Below, in pieces: positions 12,456 through 25,979 of a stretch of 64,000 bases of DNA. The notes beneath the pieces were generated by a model that saw nothing but the letters and a program-made list of their open reading frames with translations, made no database searches and was not told the DNA's origin. Position numbers and translations under genes: made by a program. Origin of the DNA: Macrostomum lignano (taxonomy: Eukaryota); contig NIVC01001664.1 of assembly GCA_002269645.1 (NCBI GenBank), positions 105,473-169,472 on the forward strand. Direction: 5' to 3'. Every line of letters starts with the position of its first letter. Within the stretch, counting starts at the first letter, position 1.

Positions 12456-15386
12456 ATGGGTGGACAGAGGCGCAGCGCTGCTGAAGTGAATTTTACAAGA
12501 CTGGCCAGGCGCATGGAGGAGATGGTGCGAGACAGGGCTGCATCTGGTTGGCGATTTGGGCGCTACCTTCAGGTTAGTAGTGTCTATTAGTGTGTAGTGT
12601 CTATCTCGAATGAGGATAAAAATCTCATGATGGGGATATCTGGCCAATCTCAAATGAGGATAACAAGTCAGGATGGGGATATCTGGCCAATCTCAAATGA
12701 GGATAACAAGTCAGGATGGGGATATCTGGCCAATCTCAAATGAGGATAAAGATCCCAGCAAGTCAGGATGGGGATATCTGGCCAATCTCAAATGAGGATA
12801 AAGATCCCAGCAAGTCAGGATGGGGATATCTGGCCAATCTCAAATGAGGATAAAGATCCCAGCAAGTCAGGATGGGGATATCTGGCCAATCTCAAATGAG
12901 GATAACAAGTCAGGATGGGGATATCTGGCCAATCTCAAATGAGGATAAAGATCCCAGCAAGTCAGGATGGGGATATCTGGCCAATCTCAAATGAGGATAA
13001 AGATCCCAGCAAGTCAGGATGGGGATATCTGGCCAATCTCAAATGAGGATAAAGATCCCAGCAAGTCAGGATGGGGATATCTGGCCAATCTCAAATGAGG
13101 ATAACAAGTCAGGATGGGGATATCTGGCCAATCTCAAATGAGGATAAAGATCCCAGCAAGTCAGGATGGGGATATCTGGCCAATCTCAAATGAGGATAAA
13201 GATCCCAGCAAGTCAGGATGGGGATATCTGGCCAATCTCAAATGAGGATAAAGATCCCAGCAAGTCAGGATGGGGATATCTGGCCAATCTCAAATGAGGA
13301 TAACAAGTCAGGATGGGGATATCTGGCCAATCTCAAATGAGGATAAAGATCCCAGCAAGTCAGGATGGGGATATCTGGCCAATCTCAAATGAGGATAAAG
13401 ATCCCAGCAAGTCAGGATGGGGATATCTGGCCAATCTCAAATGAGGATAAAGATCCCAGCAAGTCAGGATGGGGATATCTGGCCAATCTCAAATGAGGAT
13501 AAAGATCCCAGCAAGTCAGGATGGGGATATCTGGCCAATCTCAAATGAGGATAAAGATCCCAGCAAGTCAGGATGGGGATATCTGGCCAATCTCAAATGA
13601 GGATAACAAGTCAGGATGGGGATATCTGGCCAATCTCAAATGAGGATAAAGATCCCAGAAAGTCAGGATGGGGATATCTGGCCAATCTTAAATGAGGATA
13701 AAGATCCCAGCAAGTCAGGATGGGGATATCTGGCCAATCTCAAATGAGGATAAAGATCCCAGCAAGTCATGATGGGGATATCTGGCCAATCTCAAATGAG
13801 GATAACAAGTCAGGATGGGGATATCTGGCCAATCTCAAATGAGGATAAAGATCCCAGCAAGTCAGGATGGGGATATCTGGCCAATCTCAAATGAGGATAG
13901 CAAGTCAGGATGGGTATATCTGGCCAATCTCAAATGAGGATAGCAAGTCAGGATGGGGATATCTGGCCAATCTCTCACCCTCACCCATGCTCTGCTCAGT
14001 CCTTACGCACTCGCCTGGGCGACCTAAAGCGGCTGGAAGGCCCTCTCCGGCCGGACGAGGCTCGGATTAAGTACTACGAAGAACGCCTGACAATGCTGCA
14101 GTCCGTTCTGGACGCTGAGCAGCGGTCGGCCAGTCTGCAGGAGAAGACCGACCTCCTCTCATCGGTGCCGGCGCCAGTAGCCGCTGCTGCAGCAGCCGCC
14201 GTTTCCGCGGCAAATTCCAACGGCTCAAGCGGCGGCGGCACTGAAGCGCAGACCGGGGCTGCTCTGTCTTCGTCTGGCGGCGGCGTCGACGAATCAATCG
14301 TGCGTGACGTTCTGTTCTCCAAGGACGTGCTGGCACTGAGCAAGGCGCATTTGGAGGTGAAGCTCGGGGGTCTTTACTGACACTCACCCTTAAACTAGAT
14401 GGAACCCTTTGACCCAGATGGTCACCCCTTGACCCAGATGGTCACCCCTTGACCCAGATGGTCACCCCTTGACCCAGATAGTCACCCCTTGACCCAGATG
14501 ATCACCCCTTGACCCAGATGGTCGCCCCTTGACCCAGATGATCACCCCTTGACCCAGATGGCCACCCTTTGACCCAGATGGTCGCCCCTTGACCCAGATG
14601 ATCACCCCTTGACCCAGATGGTCGCCCCTTGACCCAGATGATCACCCCTTGACCCAGATGGTCACCCTTTGACCCAGATGGTCACCCTTTGACCCAGATG
14701 GTCTTTCTTGACCGAGATAGTCACCCCTTGACCTAGATGTTCACCCCTTGACCCAGATGGTCACCCTTTGACCCAGATGGTCTTTCTTGACCGAGATAGT
14801 CACCCCTTGACCCAGATGGCCACCCCTTGACCCAGATGGTCTTTCTTGACCCAGATAGTCACCCCTTGACCCAGATGGTCACCCCTTGACCCAGATGGTC
14901 ACCCTTTGACTCAGATGGTCACCTGCTTTTATTCACCAATGTCTCATCTTTCAGACTCAAGCCCGCCGCGAGCTGCTCAGCTTCAGCCAGTCCGAGCACC
15001 GCTCCAAGTCTCGGCAGGACGCTCCGGTCGTTGCGCCAGCAAAGCCGGCAGCAGCCTCGGCAGGTGCGGCAGCAGACGAGGAGCGCGCCCTGCAGGACAG
15101 CGTCACCGAGAACATGCTCAGCTTGGCCAGGTCGCTTAAACAGTCCGCCCGCATGTCCGGGGACACTGTCCGAGCCGATCTGGACAAAATCCGTCAGCTG
15201 TCAGACCTATCGGACGTGAATTATGGCCGGCTGAAGTCGGAATCGGGCCGGCTGGACCAGCAGCTGGCCCGGCAGTGCAACTGGCTGCTGTGGTTCATGG
15301 TTGCGCTAGTTGCTGTCACCTTTGTCGGCATGGTGCTGTTTATGCGACTGTTTTCTAAGAAAATCAGACCCGCGTCTAGCGTGTGA
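12456..15386 (+). CDS. USE1: Vesicle transport protein USE1 (ER Qc-SNARE), 3 exons
   Basis: Exons 12456-12572, 14000-14356 and 14955-15386, all GT-AG and phase 0. N-terminus SAAEVNFTRLARRMEEM...GWRFGRYLQ and C-terminus LQDSVTENMLSLARSLK...LKSESGRLDQQ..CNWLLWFMVALVAVTFVGMVLFMRLFSKK match the USE1 SNARE motif and C-terminal TM anchor as I recall them. Confidence 0.9.
12625..13975. repeat. Intronic minisatellite, 52/43-bp units (USE1 intron 1)
   Basis: Tandem caagtcaggatggggatatctggccaatctcaaatgaggataa(agatcccag). Confidence 0.95.
14398..14915. repeat. Intronic minisatellite, 20-bp unit (USE1 intron 2)
   Basis: Tandem gacccagatggtcacccctt. Confidence 0.95.
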
Positions 15387-15657
15387 GCGCGTGCAATTCG
15401 ATTGGAATTACTTTGGTGATTTTTATTGACTTGTTGATAAATTTGTGAAAATATACTGTTTAAAATATTAAATTAACCAGATTTACGCGTATTTAAAGGT
15501 GCACTGGTGACTTGTTGACACAGAAACTATGCATTCTTCAAATTCTACACTGTATATTCTTAATCTTAAGTAGTTGACGGATTAAATTACTGTAGCTAAC
15601 ATGGATAAGTTAAGAGTGTCAACGTTTAATCACACATCAGGAGCACGTACACTCGCA

Positions 15658-16130
15658 TCGTGACCCGATGTGTGTCTGGTGCCACCTTAGTGAGGCCTTG
15701 GGTGATGACCCTATGTGTGTGTCTGGTGCCACTTTAGTGAGGCCTTGGGTGAATGTACAGTGACCCGATGTGTGTGTCTGGTGCCACTTTAGTGAGGCCT
15801 TGGGTGAATGACCCTATGTGTGTGTCTGGTGCCACTTTAGTGAGGCCTTGGGTGAATGACCCTATGTGTGTGTCTGGTGCCACTTTAGTGAGGCCTTGGG
15901 TGAATGACCCTATGTGTGTGTGTCTGGTGCCACTTTAGTGAGGCCTTGGGTGAATGTACAGTGACCCGATGTGTGTGTCTGGTGCCACTTTAGTGAGGCC
16001 TTTGGTTGAATGCACAGTGATCCGATGTGTGTGTCTGGTGCCACTTTAGTGAGGCCTTTGGTTGAATGCACAGTGACCCGATGTGTGTGTCTGATGCCAC
16101 ATTAGTGAGGCCTTGGTTGAATGTACAGTG
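15658..16130. repeat. Minisatellite, ~47-58-bp unit
   Basis: Tandem tgacccgatgtgtgtgtctggtgccactttagtgaggccttgggtgaa(tgtacag). Confidence 0.9.
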
Positions 16131-16962
16131 ATTCATGTGTCTTGTACTATACAGAGAACTGGGGTGTGTGTAAAATGATCCAGTTTATGTCTTAGTTGCG
16201 TGCATGATTGTACAGTGACGGATTTTTGCTAGACCTTTGTAATTTCCAGTGACTTGAAATTTCCGGTTTGAATACCACTCTGCAAGCCGTGTACGCGGAA
16301 GTAGATGTCCATTGAACATTTCCTCTGTGGGACTGTCTACTTTCAGAACAGCCTTCACCATCAGAGATGCGTAGAATGCAAACATCCTGCCGCTTGCATT
16401 TGCTGTTCAAAACCCTAATTGATCCAAAATAGGTTAGACAGGACTAATTTAGCAGGCAGATCTGCCAGGAGCAAACCAAATGATTCAGTCAGCCAGCCAG
16501 ACAATTGGCTACTTATCAGATGATATTCGATCTATTAACTACTAGGCACAACCTCTTAATGCTCGATTTCAAATGTGTTCGATGAAGCTTTGCGGGAATA
16601 CAAAATTTAGACTTTATTTTCATGCGCTTCTAAGTCGAGCTTAGTTCTAAACATTTGGCATGCAGTCGTAAAGATAGTAACTGTGGTTTGAAACTGTCGA
16701 TATGAATAATTATGTGTGCTTTAATGATATATTGCTTCAAAGCTTAACAGGTAACGGAAGCAGGTAGTGAAGTGGCGACTAAGATTAAATCAGTCGAATT
16801 TCGAGAGTAGAATGCGTCTGATGGCTCCCTAGTGAGGGTTCTATTCCGACACCTGGGGTCTGAAATAGTTAAGATTATCGGAGTCTTTGTAACCCCGTGC
16901 TCTGTTTGTTGACTCATATGAGCCTAATGAAAAAGAAGCAATATACTAGTAAAGTCTGCTGC

Positions 16963-19760
16963 TCAATCGTTGCCGTAGATGTCCATGAACATGGTCAGCA
17001 ATTGGAGGCTGTCATTGTAGGCTTCCTGCTCCTCCTTGGGCGCAAACTGGCCTTCTTCATCGATCTCGTCTCTCAGGATGTAGCCGTCTGAGTTGAAAGA
17101 TAGTTGAAAAAGATTGTTCCTCAGCAAACTCTAGTTTAATGGGGACAAATAACATTCAATCTTGGCTCCGCTAAGACCCAGCACGCAGCAAATTCAGTTG
17201 TCATGTTGTCAATACTGAGCACAGCTGTTCCATGAGCCATTGACCCTACACACAGCAGACTCGCACTTGTCAGTGTTGAGCACAGCTGCTCCATGACCCA
17301 CACACAACAGACTCACACTTGTCAGTGTTGAGCACAGCTGCTCCATGACCCACACACAGCAGACTCACACTTGTCAGTGTTGAGCACAGCTGCTCCATGA
17401 CCCACACACAGCAGACTCACACTTGTCAGTGTTGAGCACAGCTGCTCCATGACCCACACACAGCAGACTCACACTTGTCACTGTTGAGCACAGCTGCTCC
17501 ATGACCCACACACAATAGACTCACACTTGTCAGTGTTGAGCACAGATGTTCCATGACCCGTTGGCCCTACACACAGCAGACTCGCACTTGTCAGTGCTGA
17601 GCACAGCTGCTCCATGACCCACACACAATAGACTCACACTTGTCAGTGCTGAGCACAGCTGCTCCATGACCCACACACAGCAGACTCACACTTGTCAGTG
17701 CTGAGCACAGCTGCTCCATGACCCACACACAGCAGACTCACACTTGTCAGTGTTGAGCACAGCTGCTCCATGACCCACACACAGCAGACTCACACTTGTC
17801 AGTGTTGAGCACAGCTGCTCCATGACCCACACACAGCAGACTCACACTTGTCAGTGTTGAGCACAGCTGCTCCATGACCCACACACAGCAGACTCACACT
17901 TGTCAGTGTTGAGCACAGCTGCTCCATGACCCACACACAGCAGACTCACACTTGTCACTGTTGAGCACAGCTGCTCCATGACCCACACACAATAGACTCA
18001 CACTTGTCAGTGTTGAGCACAGATGTTCCATGACCCGTTGGCCCTACACACAGCAGACTCGCACTTGTCAGTGCTGAGCACAGCTGCTCCATGACCCACA
18101 CACAATAGACTCACACTTGTCAGTGCTGAGCACAGCTGCTCCATGACCCACACACAGCAGACTCACACTTGTCAGTGTTGAGCACAGCTGTTCCATGACC
18201 CACACACAGCAGACTCACACTTGTCAGTGCTGAGCACAGCTGCTCCATGACCCACACACAGCAGACTCACACTTGTCAGTGTTGAGCACAGCTGTTCCAT
18301 GACCCACACACAGCAGACTCACACTTGTCAGTGTTGAGCACAGCTGTTCCATGACCCACACACAGCAGACTCACACTTGTCAGTGCTGAGCACAGCTGCT
18401 CCATGACCCACACACAGCAGACTCACACTTGTCAGTGTTGAGCACAGCTGCTCCATGACCCATTGACCCTGCACACAGCAGACTCACACTTGTCAGTGCC
18501 GGGCAGCCTGCCCAGAGCTCTGTTGCACTCTCCATCGTCGCCAAAGTACTCCTTCCAAATCTCCACCTTCTCCCCGGCAGGCGGATCCAGCCAGACTGAC
18601 CGGGACTTGCCGTCGACCGTGAAGCGCTTCTCGGCGCTCTCTGTCAGCAGGGCTTTCTGTTTTTTCACGGCCGGAGTGCGACCGGCGTTAGAAGCGTAGA
18701 CTGTGGCGATGAGGCGGCTGTCAGACATGATCTAGAAGTGCAGAGGCGGGTTGGATTGCTGAGATTCTGCAGCTGCGCCATTGCATAGGTATTGCCACCG
18801 AAGCCTACCTGAAACAGCGTCTTGGCATTGTCTGGCAAATCTTGCGGGAAGTTGAACGTTCCTGAATCTGCATTGCCCTTGGGTTTGTCTTTTTTGCTTC
18901 TGCCAAAGAGTTGAAACTTTCTAAAAAGATGGGGAAATTTATTTTAATTGTTGCCTGTAGTTTTAATATGGCAATCATCGAAGTCTGAATATGTAAAGAT
19001 GTACTATGTGTGCTCGGGTTACAGAGATAGCCTAGAGCCCTCTGCGCACTAGCTAACTATTGTAATACTCGTAGATCGAAGACCAAATAGCTGCTTACTT
19101 GCTGCTGCCAGAGGCCCCCGCCTTGCCAGCGCCGCCTGAGCCGCAAGTGTTCTCCCCATTGTCGCCAATCTCGCTTTCCACCGTGTTCCTGCCGCCCAGA
19201 TCCGCCGCCGCCGCCGCCTTCGTCATGTCGATTTCGTCGTCCGAGCTGTCGTCGCCGTTTTCAGTTTTGTTTTCATCAGTTTTTCCGCCTTTGTTTGGCC
19301 TTTCATAGGGGTTTTTAGCAACTCAAAATATGTTTTGTTATACTAAGGTTAAAGCATTTCTGCTATTTTGTTTTACTAGCTGTACGAGCGTCTATTTATA
19401 TCTATTTACAGCGTCTTCTTTGTCAGGTTGGTGGGATGGACAGTAACAGCAGTTTTTTGGCACCTGTCTTGGCGCCCATGGGACTTATTTTGGCGCCGCA
19501 GAAGTCCAGAATTATGGCTCCATTTTTAGTCCATAACTAGCAATCAGCGCCCCCCGTTGGGGAGCCAAAAATGCAGTACAAGTTGTTTTAATAAACTACA
19601 TGTAGCGTCTCTTTGAATTTTACCCCAGCAGTCCCTTGTAAGCCTTGACATGTCAGTAATTCCCCCACAAGCCTTAACATTTCAACTCCCCCCTTGACAT
19701 CTCAGCGATGCCCCCATAAGCCTTGAAATCTTAAAAAATCTGTCTACTTTCTAACCCTAG

Positions 19761-19796
<36 letters not shown>

Positions 19797-20771
19797 CCCT
19801 AAAGCATTGACATTTCAGTAATTCTCCCCAAGAGTCATTATAGCACTACAGCATCATATGATTCTCAAAAGCAAGTACACTTTGTTTCATTGGTTACTGC
19901 TAGCGCTTCTTTATTTCTCCACAAGTCTAAGGTGAGGCAAGGAGGCAGGTCCCTCCTATCCCCGCCTTCGCCGACTCCCTTGCCATGGGTTTTTTATCTT
20001 CTGATTTAAAAAAGCAGACGGACTAGCAATGCTCGCATAGCCGTACTTTTTGCCTGCTCTAGCTGAACTGGCCGAGGGCAGAGGCAGCGACGACTGCGTA
20101 GGCAGTTCAAGGGTGCCGCTAGAAGTCGGTGGCAAAGGTTTGCCCTGCGGAGCGACGGGAAGAGCGCTGTTCACAGGCTCAGGGGGCATCTGAGCTTCAG
20201 AGGTCGCTGGTTCGCCTGGTCCTGCCAACTGCTGCTGCTGTTGAAGTATCTGCGAATTCTGGGTTTTCTTCTTCCGGGAAAAGCTGAAAAAAGACAAACG
20301 TTCATTTTACGTTTGACAGGTTATTTAAACAGGTCGGCAGCATCGCAGCTCCTTGAGCTTCAACAAATATCTTGCTTACAAATTCGACTTCTGAAATGGG
20401 AAAAAATTCGACAGAGTCACCAATATCAAGTCTTCTGTCACAGAAATCCTCTAGTCATGATAAAAATTTGATTGGTTACCTACCTTCTTTTCCTTGTTGA
20501 TAGAAGATGCTTCGTCCGTGCCGCATCGTGTTGCAGGCTGCTGTTGCATCGTGCTCGCCGGAACGGTGGACACATCCGGGATCACCGGACCGGCATGCTT
20601 CAAATCCACGCCGGCCAGCCCGATTGTGACGCCCGGAATCTCCGTCACCTGCACGCTGATTGCCAGGGTGATCGTGAGGTTCCTCGGACTGCTGCCGCCG
20701 CCTGGAACCGGCAGCTGAACGCTGACGTTCTTTGGGTCCACTGCCGGATCTCGCGATGGCCTTTCGTTCAT
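16963..20771 (-). CDS. Uncharacterised 7-exon gene, paralog A (~405 aa)
   Basis: Exons 20771-20484, 20390-20380 (11 nt), 20283-20047, 19299-19099, 18920-18809, 18731-18488 and 17087-16963. All are GT-AG, phases 0,2,2,2,0,1 close to one frame (1218 nt), and the structure matches paralog B. The exon-4 acceptor (aag) is weak. Low-complexity N-terminal half, conserved ~160-aa C-terminal domain. Confidence 0.7.
17215..18498. repeat. Intronic minisatellite, 52-bp unit (paralog A intron 6)
   Basis: Tandem ccatgacccacacacagcagactcacacttgtcagtgttgagcacagctgct, the reverse complement of the 33349-34516 array. Confidence 0.95.
19750..19801. repeat. Short interstitial telomere-like (CCCTAA)n run
   Basis: ctaaccctagcctaaccctaaccctaaaccctaaccctaaccctaaccct. 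Confidence 0.8.
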
Positions 20772-23394
20772 TGCTTGATAGCTGTAGCCACGTGGCTGGA
20801 AGCGCCTATACGAAATGGTTTTTGTCAGGAACAAGGAAAAAATGAATATAACTTAAATTTGCTTTGCAATGAAGTGAATAGTTTTTTCAATTATTGTCAA
20901 TAGTCAAGGTAGAAATTAATATTCGCGATCTATACATGCACTTTTGGTCATATAATTAGTATTGCAATGGGTTTAAACAACTGATATACAAGTTGAAACA
21001 CTTAAAACAATTAAGTACAAGTCTAAATAAAACTTTAAATTACGTGAAAAAGTATTAGCATTTGTTATAGCTTAGTATACCAGTAAAGATTGTATTTTAA
21101 ACTGAATGCGCTGGCTTTGAGATCGATGACGTGCTGTATTTTTTGCTGTCTTAATGTACGTTGTAAAATATGAGGTACTAAAGTAAGAACTAATGATAAA
21201 ATTCAGTGTAAAGTTTTATAAATGTTTTTACTCTCTATTCCAACACAGTAAAAACAAAAACAAAAATAAATTCTCCATATCCACGACCACTACTTTACAT
21301 TAGAAATTATAGGAAGTTTCTTTTTAACTAGAAGTGCTCTTTTGATAGCAGAAGTTTCATTGTGTTAAAGGACGAGAAACGAGAAAATATAGTTTTATTG
21401 ATATCAGTCTTACCAAGGTGTACTTTGTCAACAAGAATTTTCAGAAGGGTACGCTTTCGTTTCTATATCAGTTTTTTTTTAATTCCTCTAGCCATAAAAT
21501 TCTACAATTTGAAACACGATAACTGATACATATTTTAAATTTACAATTTTCCATTAAAATAACAAAGTTTTACTGCCATTCATAGAATGTTAATGAATTT
21601 AATTTGAATTTTTGTAACTTGTTTAGTTGCATGATTCATTATATAGCAACACCAGTCACTTTTATTTCCTGTCTTTAATTACATACTCGGATCGTTTTTT
21701 GTGAACACCACTCTACGATAAATCTTGTCTGCAACAAACAAATTTGCACAACAATACTCTACAAAGATGAAAATACATTTTAACGGCAAAAAAAACGCGA
21801 TTATTTGAATATAAATCGATCGAATGGTCATCTTCTTATAGTCAAGTTTTGTTTTCTTTGTTATAGACTGATCATCTACCATTAGTAAAGGAACCACTGT
21901 AAAAATTGCCGACAAGAAGGTGGCAAATTAACGGCAAAATGCTGCTGTATTTATCACCTTGGTCCCATTTTGCATTATTGGTGCTCGCCATTTCCGCGCG
22001 TATTTAGCGGCGCACCTTTCCGCCAATATGTGGCGCTTTACCGTTGCCTGCACTTAATTTTCTCAATTTGTGTTTACGAGTGCAAAACGGCATAATGTGT
22101 GTATATTTTAACTCTGAATTAATAATTCTTAATCTGAATTAATTATAACTTAAAAAACCTTCCGTACTGGTTTTATAATTATCTGGCCATTTGTATTTTA
22201 AATGTTCAATAATTAATTTCCGTCCGAGTGTTCGCAAAAAAAACAAAAACTGGGAATTTCGGTAAACAAAGACAGTAAGTATACACGCACGTTCGTAGCT
22301 ACACGCATTTATTGAGCAAAGTAATGACAAATCCTTGATTTGAGTGCTCAGCGCAGGAATTTAAAGCTACGACATGTACAATACACTTGTGTATGATTAG
22401 CGTGTAATTTGCCTTTTGAGCATTGAGGTATATATAGTGTACATATACGGACATTATTAATACATGTATTTTGTTATACACGCGCCCCTCTGCGAGCAGC
22501 AGCTGCCAGCTGTTGCCACAATCGTCAGTCGCCAGCTCTGTAAAATTTTGTCCTTCCGTAGCAGCAGGAGCTTTATATAATTTTTCGTCCCTATAGAATT
22601 TAACCCAAATCAATTCGCCTTCATATATGGGCCTTCTTGCAAAATGTTAGAGTCAATGGGGATCGAGAAGTTTGGTATACTTTTCTCTTTTCTTTTCCTA
22701 GTATTTCTCTCCCCCTCTCCCTTAAAATGGCACACCGAGGCGACAAACTCCAGTTGAATGGAGTGGAAGAACTGTACATCCGTGCTTCTAATCCGTTGTT
22801 GCTCAAGCCCCTATACAGAACTCGCTCAGTTGAGCTTTATAGTGCTCCAATTCCTGCTGCAATACCCGGCCAGCTCTACACCGAAACCGATCTTTCCTAC
22901 CCACTCGTCCGGTTCAGCGTTGAGACGTACGCCTACATAAAAAATTCAAGCGCAAATATTTCCAACGCAAGTCTAAGAGACCACTAACCCTGCAATTTCC
23001 TTCCCTATAACTTGATCTCTCACTGTCAGAATTGTAAGGAATTGCACACGCGGGTTGCTTGATTTTTCTTCCCACTGTCGGTCTCTTTCTATTTCCGTAC
23101 TAAATTCAGGCATATATTGGCCTCACTGGAAACTGTTGCACTGAATCTACAGATTCGTTAGAGCGCAGAAAATTCCAGACGGAAGAACTCCCGACCGCGT
23201 AGAGCAAGACGATCAGCCATCGTAGAGGCACTCCCGCAGCGGCGGCGGCGGCAGCGACAGCAGCGACTCACCAACCGGTGCCTTCAACCGGCTCTAGCGA
23301 CAATAGCGACGCAGACGACTCCGACGTCATCTGGGACAGCAGAGGAGGCAGCGGCATCGGCCTTGGACGGAGCGGAAGCGAAAAACGAAGACAA

Positions 23395-25979
23395 ATGTCG
23401 GGCAAATCGGCGGGCGTCGGCATAGCTGAAGGCCGCTGCACCGGCCCCGGCTGGAAGCGCTACGTAGTGGCGTGGCTCAGCTGCCTCGGCCTCATGGTGG
23501 TGCTGGCGATGCGCTCAGAGATGGGCATCGCCATTATCAAGATGACCAAAAAGCAACCGGAGAAGGTGGAGATGACCGCTCGGAATCACACCTACTACAA
23601 AATCGAGCTGGTTCAGGAGGTGGCCTGGGATCACCTGGACATTGGCATCATTGAGGCTTCATTTTTTATCGGCTACGCTTTGTTCAGCATACCGGCTGGC
23701 TTCATGTCGTCCTACCTGGAGCCAAACATGCTCTTGGGAAGCTCCGTGCTGATCACCTGCCTATTGAACATTGCCGTGCCGACGGCCGCTCATCTGGAGG
23801 TGCCGTCCGCCGCATTCGGCGTCACCCTCACTATCCGGCTGCTGCAGGGCATGGCCGAGGGCTGCCTCTATCCTTCCGTTCACGGCATCTGGCGATTCTG
23901 GGCGCCCGAGATGGAGCGATCCAAACTAGTGACGATTTCCTTCTTCGGCATGGCCCTCGGGCCCATTGTTGGCCTGCCGCTCTGCGGCGCCGTCACCACC
24001 AATCTGGGCTGGCCAGTGAATTTTTACATCTTTGGGGCGCTCGGCTGCGCCTGGGCGGTTGCCTGGTTCCTCATCGTGCACTCTAGGCCGGCAACCGATC
24101 CCTACATCAGCCCGGAGGAGCTGGCCTACATTGAGAGCAGCAGCGTGCCAGCCACAGCTACAGGCCAGGTGCCTTGCGCAGCGATGGTCAGGTCGCTGCC
24201 CGTTTGGGCCATCGTATTTGCCAACGTCGGGCGCAACTGGAGCTTCCAGTTCAGCATGATCGGCCTGCCGGCCTATTTCTCGCGAGTGTTCGATTTGAAT
24301 AGCGAGGAGGTTGGAATTTATTTAATGATTCCGTTCCTGCTCATGGCCGGGCTCACGCCAGTTGGTGCGTTCTTTTTAAAGCTTTTCAAGAAATGCCCAG
24401 TTCAAAGTCTGCTTTCAGTTCTGTCCATTTTATTCAAGCTTTTCAATTGCTTTTAGATATACTATTATAATAAGTTTTCAACCTTTCTAAAATTTGCTTC
24501 TTAACTCGCTCTCCAGCTCAGCCCTTGATTCTGCCTCTCCGTTACCTCATCCTTGAGTCAGCCTCTCCGTTCCCTCATCCTTGAGTCAGCCTCCCCGTTC
24601 CCTCATCCTTGAGTCAGCCTCTCCGTTCCCTCATCCATGAGTCAGCCTCTCCGTTCCCTCATCCTTGAGTCAGCCTCCCCGTTCCCTCATCCTTGAGTCA
24701 GCCTCTCCCCGTTCCCTCATCATTGAGTCAGCCTCTCCGTTCCCTCATCCATGAGTCAGCCTCTCCGTTCCCTCATCCTTGAGTCAGCCTCCCCGTTCCC
24801 TCATCCTTGAGTCAGCCTCCCCGTTCCCTCATCCTTGAGTCAGCCTCTCCCCGTTCCCTCATCCATGAGTCAGCCTCTCCGTTCCCTCATCCTTAAGTCT
24901 GCTTCTCCGTTCCTTTATCATCCTTGAGTCTTCCTTCATTGTAAAGTCTGAAGACTGCGGTTTAAGCTGAGCGAGAAAAAACGTGAGGCCCAAACTGGCC
25001 AAGTTAGCGATTATATATTTGAGGTTCTAAAAGTGAACAATACGATGTACATGAATTATGCAAACCAAGATGTACATTTATGTTAGAATATAACTCACTC
25101 ACTAAGAACAAATCGATAACAATATTGCGAGGCAATTAGATTAATCATCCTTGAGTCTGCCTCTCTGTTCCTTCATACTTGAGTCAGCCTCCCCGTTCTC
25201 TCATCTTTGAGTCAGCCTCTCTTTTCCTTCATACTTGAGTCAGCCTCCCCGTTCCCTCATCCTTGAGTCAGCCTCCCCGTTCCCTCATCCTTGAGTCAGT
25301 CTCTCCGTTCCCTCATCCTTGAGTCAGTCTCTCCGTTCCCTCATCCATGAGTCAGCCTCTCCGTTCCCTCATCCTTGAGTCAGCCTCTCCGTTCCCTCAT
25401 CCTTGAGTCAGCCTCTCCCCGTTCCCTCATCATTGAGTCAGCCTCTCCGTTCCCTCATCCTTGAGTCAGTCTCTCCGTTCCCTCATCCTTGAGTCAGTCT
25501 CTCCGTTCCCTCATCCTTGAGTCAGTCTCTCCGTTCCCTCATCCTTGAGTCAGTCTCTCCGTTCCCTCATCCTTGAGTCTGCCTTTCCGCTATTAAGCAA
25601 ACTAAACCCAACCTAAATTAGCGTCTTTCGTAACAATCCTAGAAAAATACTATAAAAATACTCCCGCAAGTATGCTAAATGGATCTTAAACTCTCCCTGA
25701 AAATTGCAGGTGGCACCCTTGCCGACTGCGTTCGTCGCAAGTTCCTGTCCACCACGGCGACGCGTCGTCTATTCAACACTGTCGGGTTCGGCGTAATGGC
25801 GGCCTGCCTAGTTGTTGTGGGCATCTCGCGCAATCTCTACCTGTCCACAGCCTTCCTGACCATAGGCTTGGGCTTCACGGGGATTGGCATGTCCGGCTAC
25901 GGCGTCAACCATTTGGACATTGCGCCCAGATTCGCTGGATTCCTGATGGGCATCTCCAATGGTGTTGGCACCGTGTCAG
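23395..25979 (+). CDS. SLC17-family (sialin/VGLUT-like) MFS anion transporter, exons 1-2; 3' end not found
   Basis: Exon 23395-24364 (first in-frame ATG, though the start could lie in an upstream exon) and exon 25710-25979, joined by a phase-1 GT-AG intron. Motifs: [81 protein letters not shown]. A donor gtgagc follows at 25980. Confidence 0.85.
24530..25590. repeat. Intronic minisatellite, 28-bp unit, interrupted by a ~210-bp unrelated segment (~24935-25143)
   Basis: Tandem ctctccgttccctcatccttgagtcagc. Confidence 0.9.

Noticed and set aside
12625-18480. CRISPR-like appearance of regular repeat arrays
   Set aside because: Units are contiguous tandem copies without unique spacers, there are no cas genes, and the context is eukaryotic and intronic.
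18432-18728. Stand-alone ~100-120 aa gene, with an SH3BGR/glutaredoxin-like N-terminus (also 33065-33424)
   Set aside because: Both are internal exon 6 of the 7-exon paralogs (acceptor 3 nt before the Met codon, donor GTGAGT before the repeat). The SH3BGR resemblance covers only ~20 aa.
22637-22987. 116-aa ORF upstream of SLC17
   Set aside because: No recognisable motif or splice linkage. It may be UTR or a uORF, and I cannot support it as a gene.
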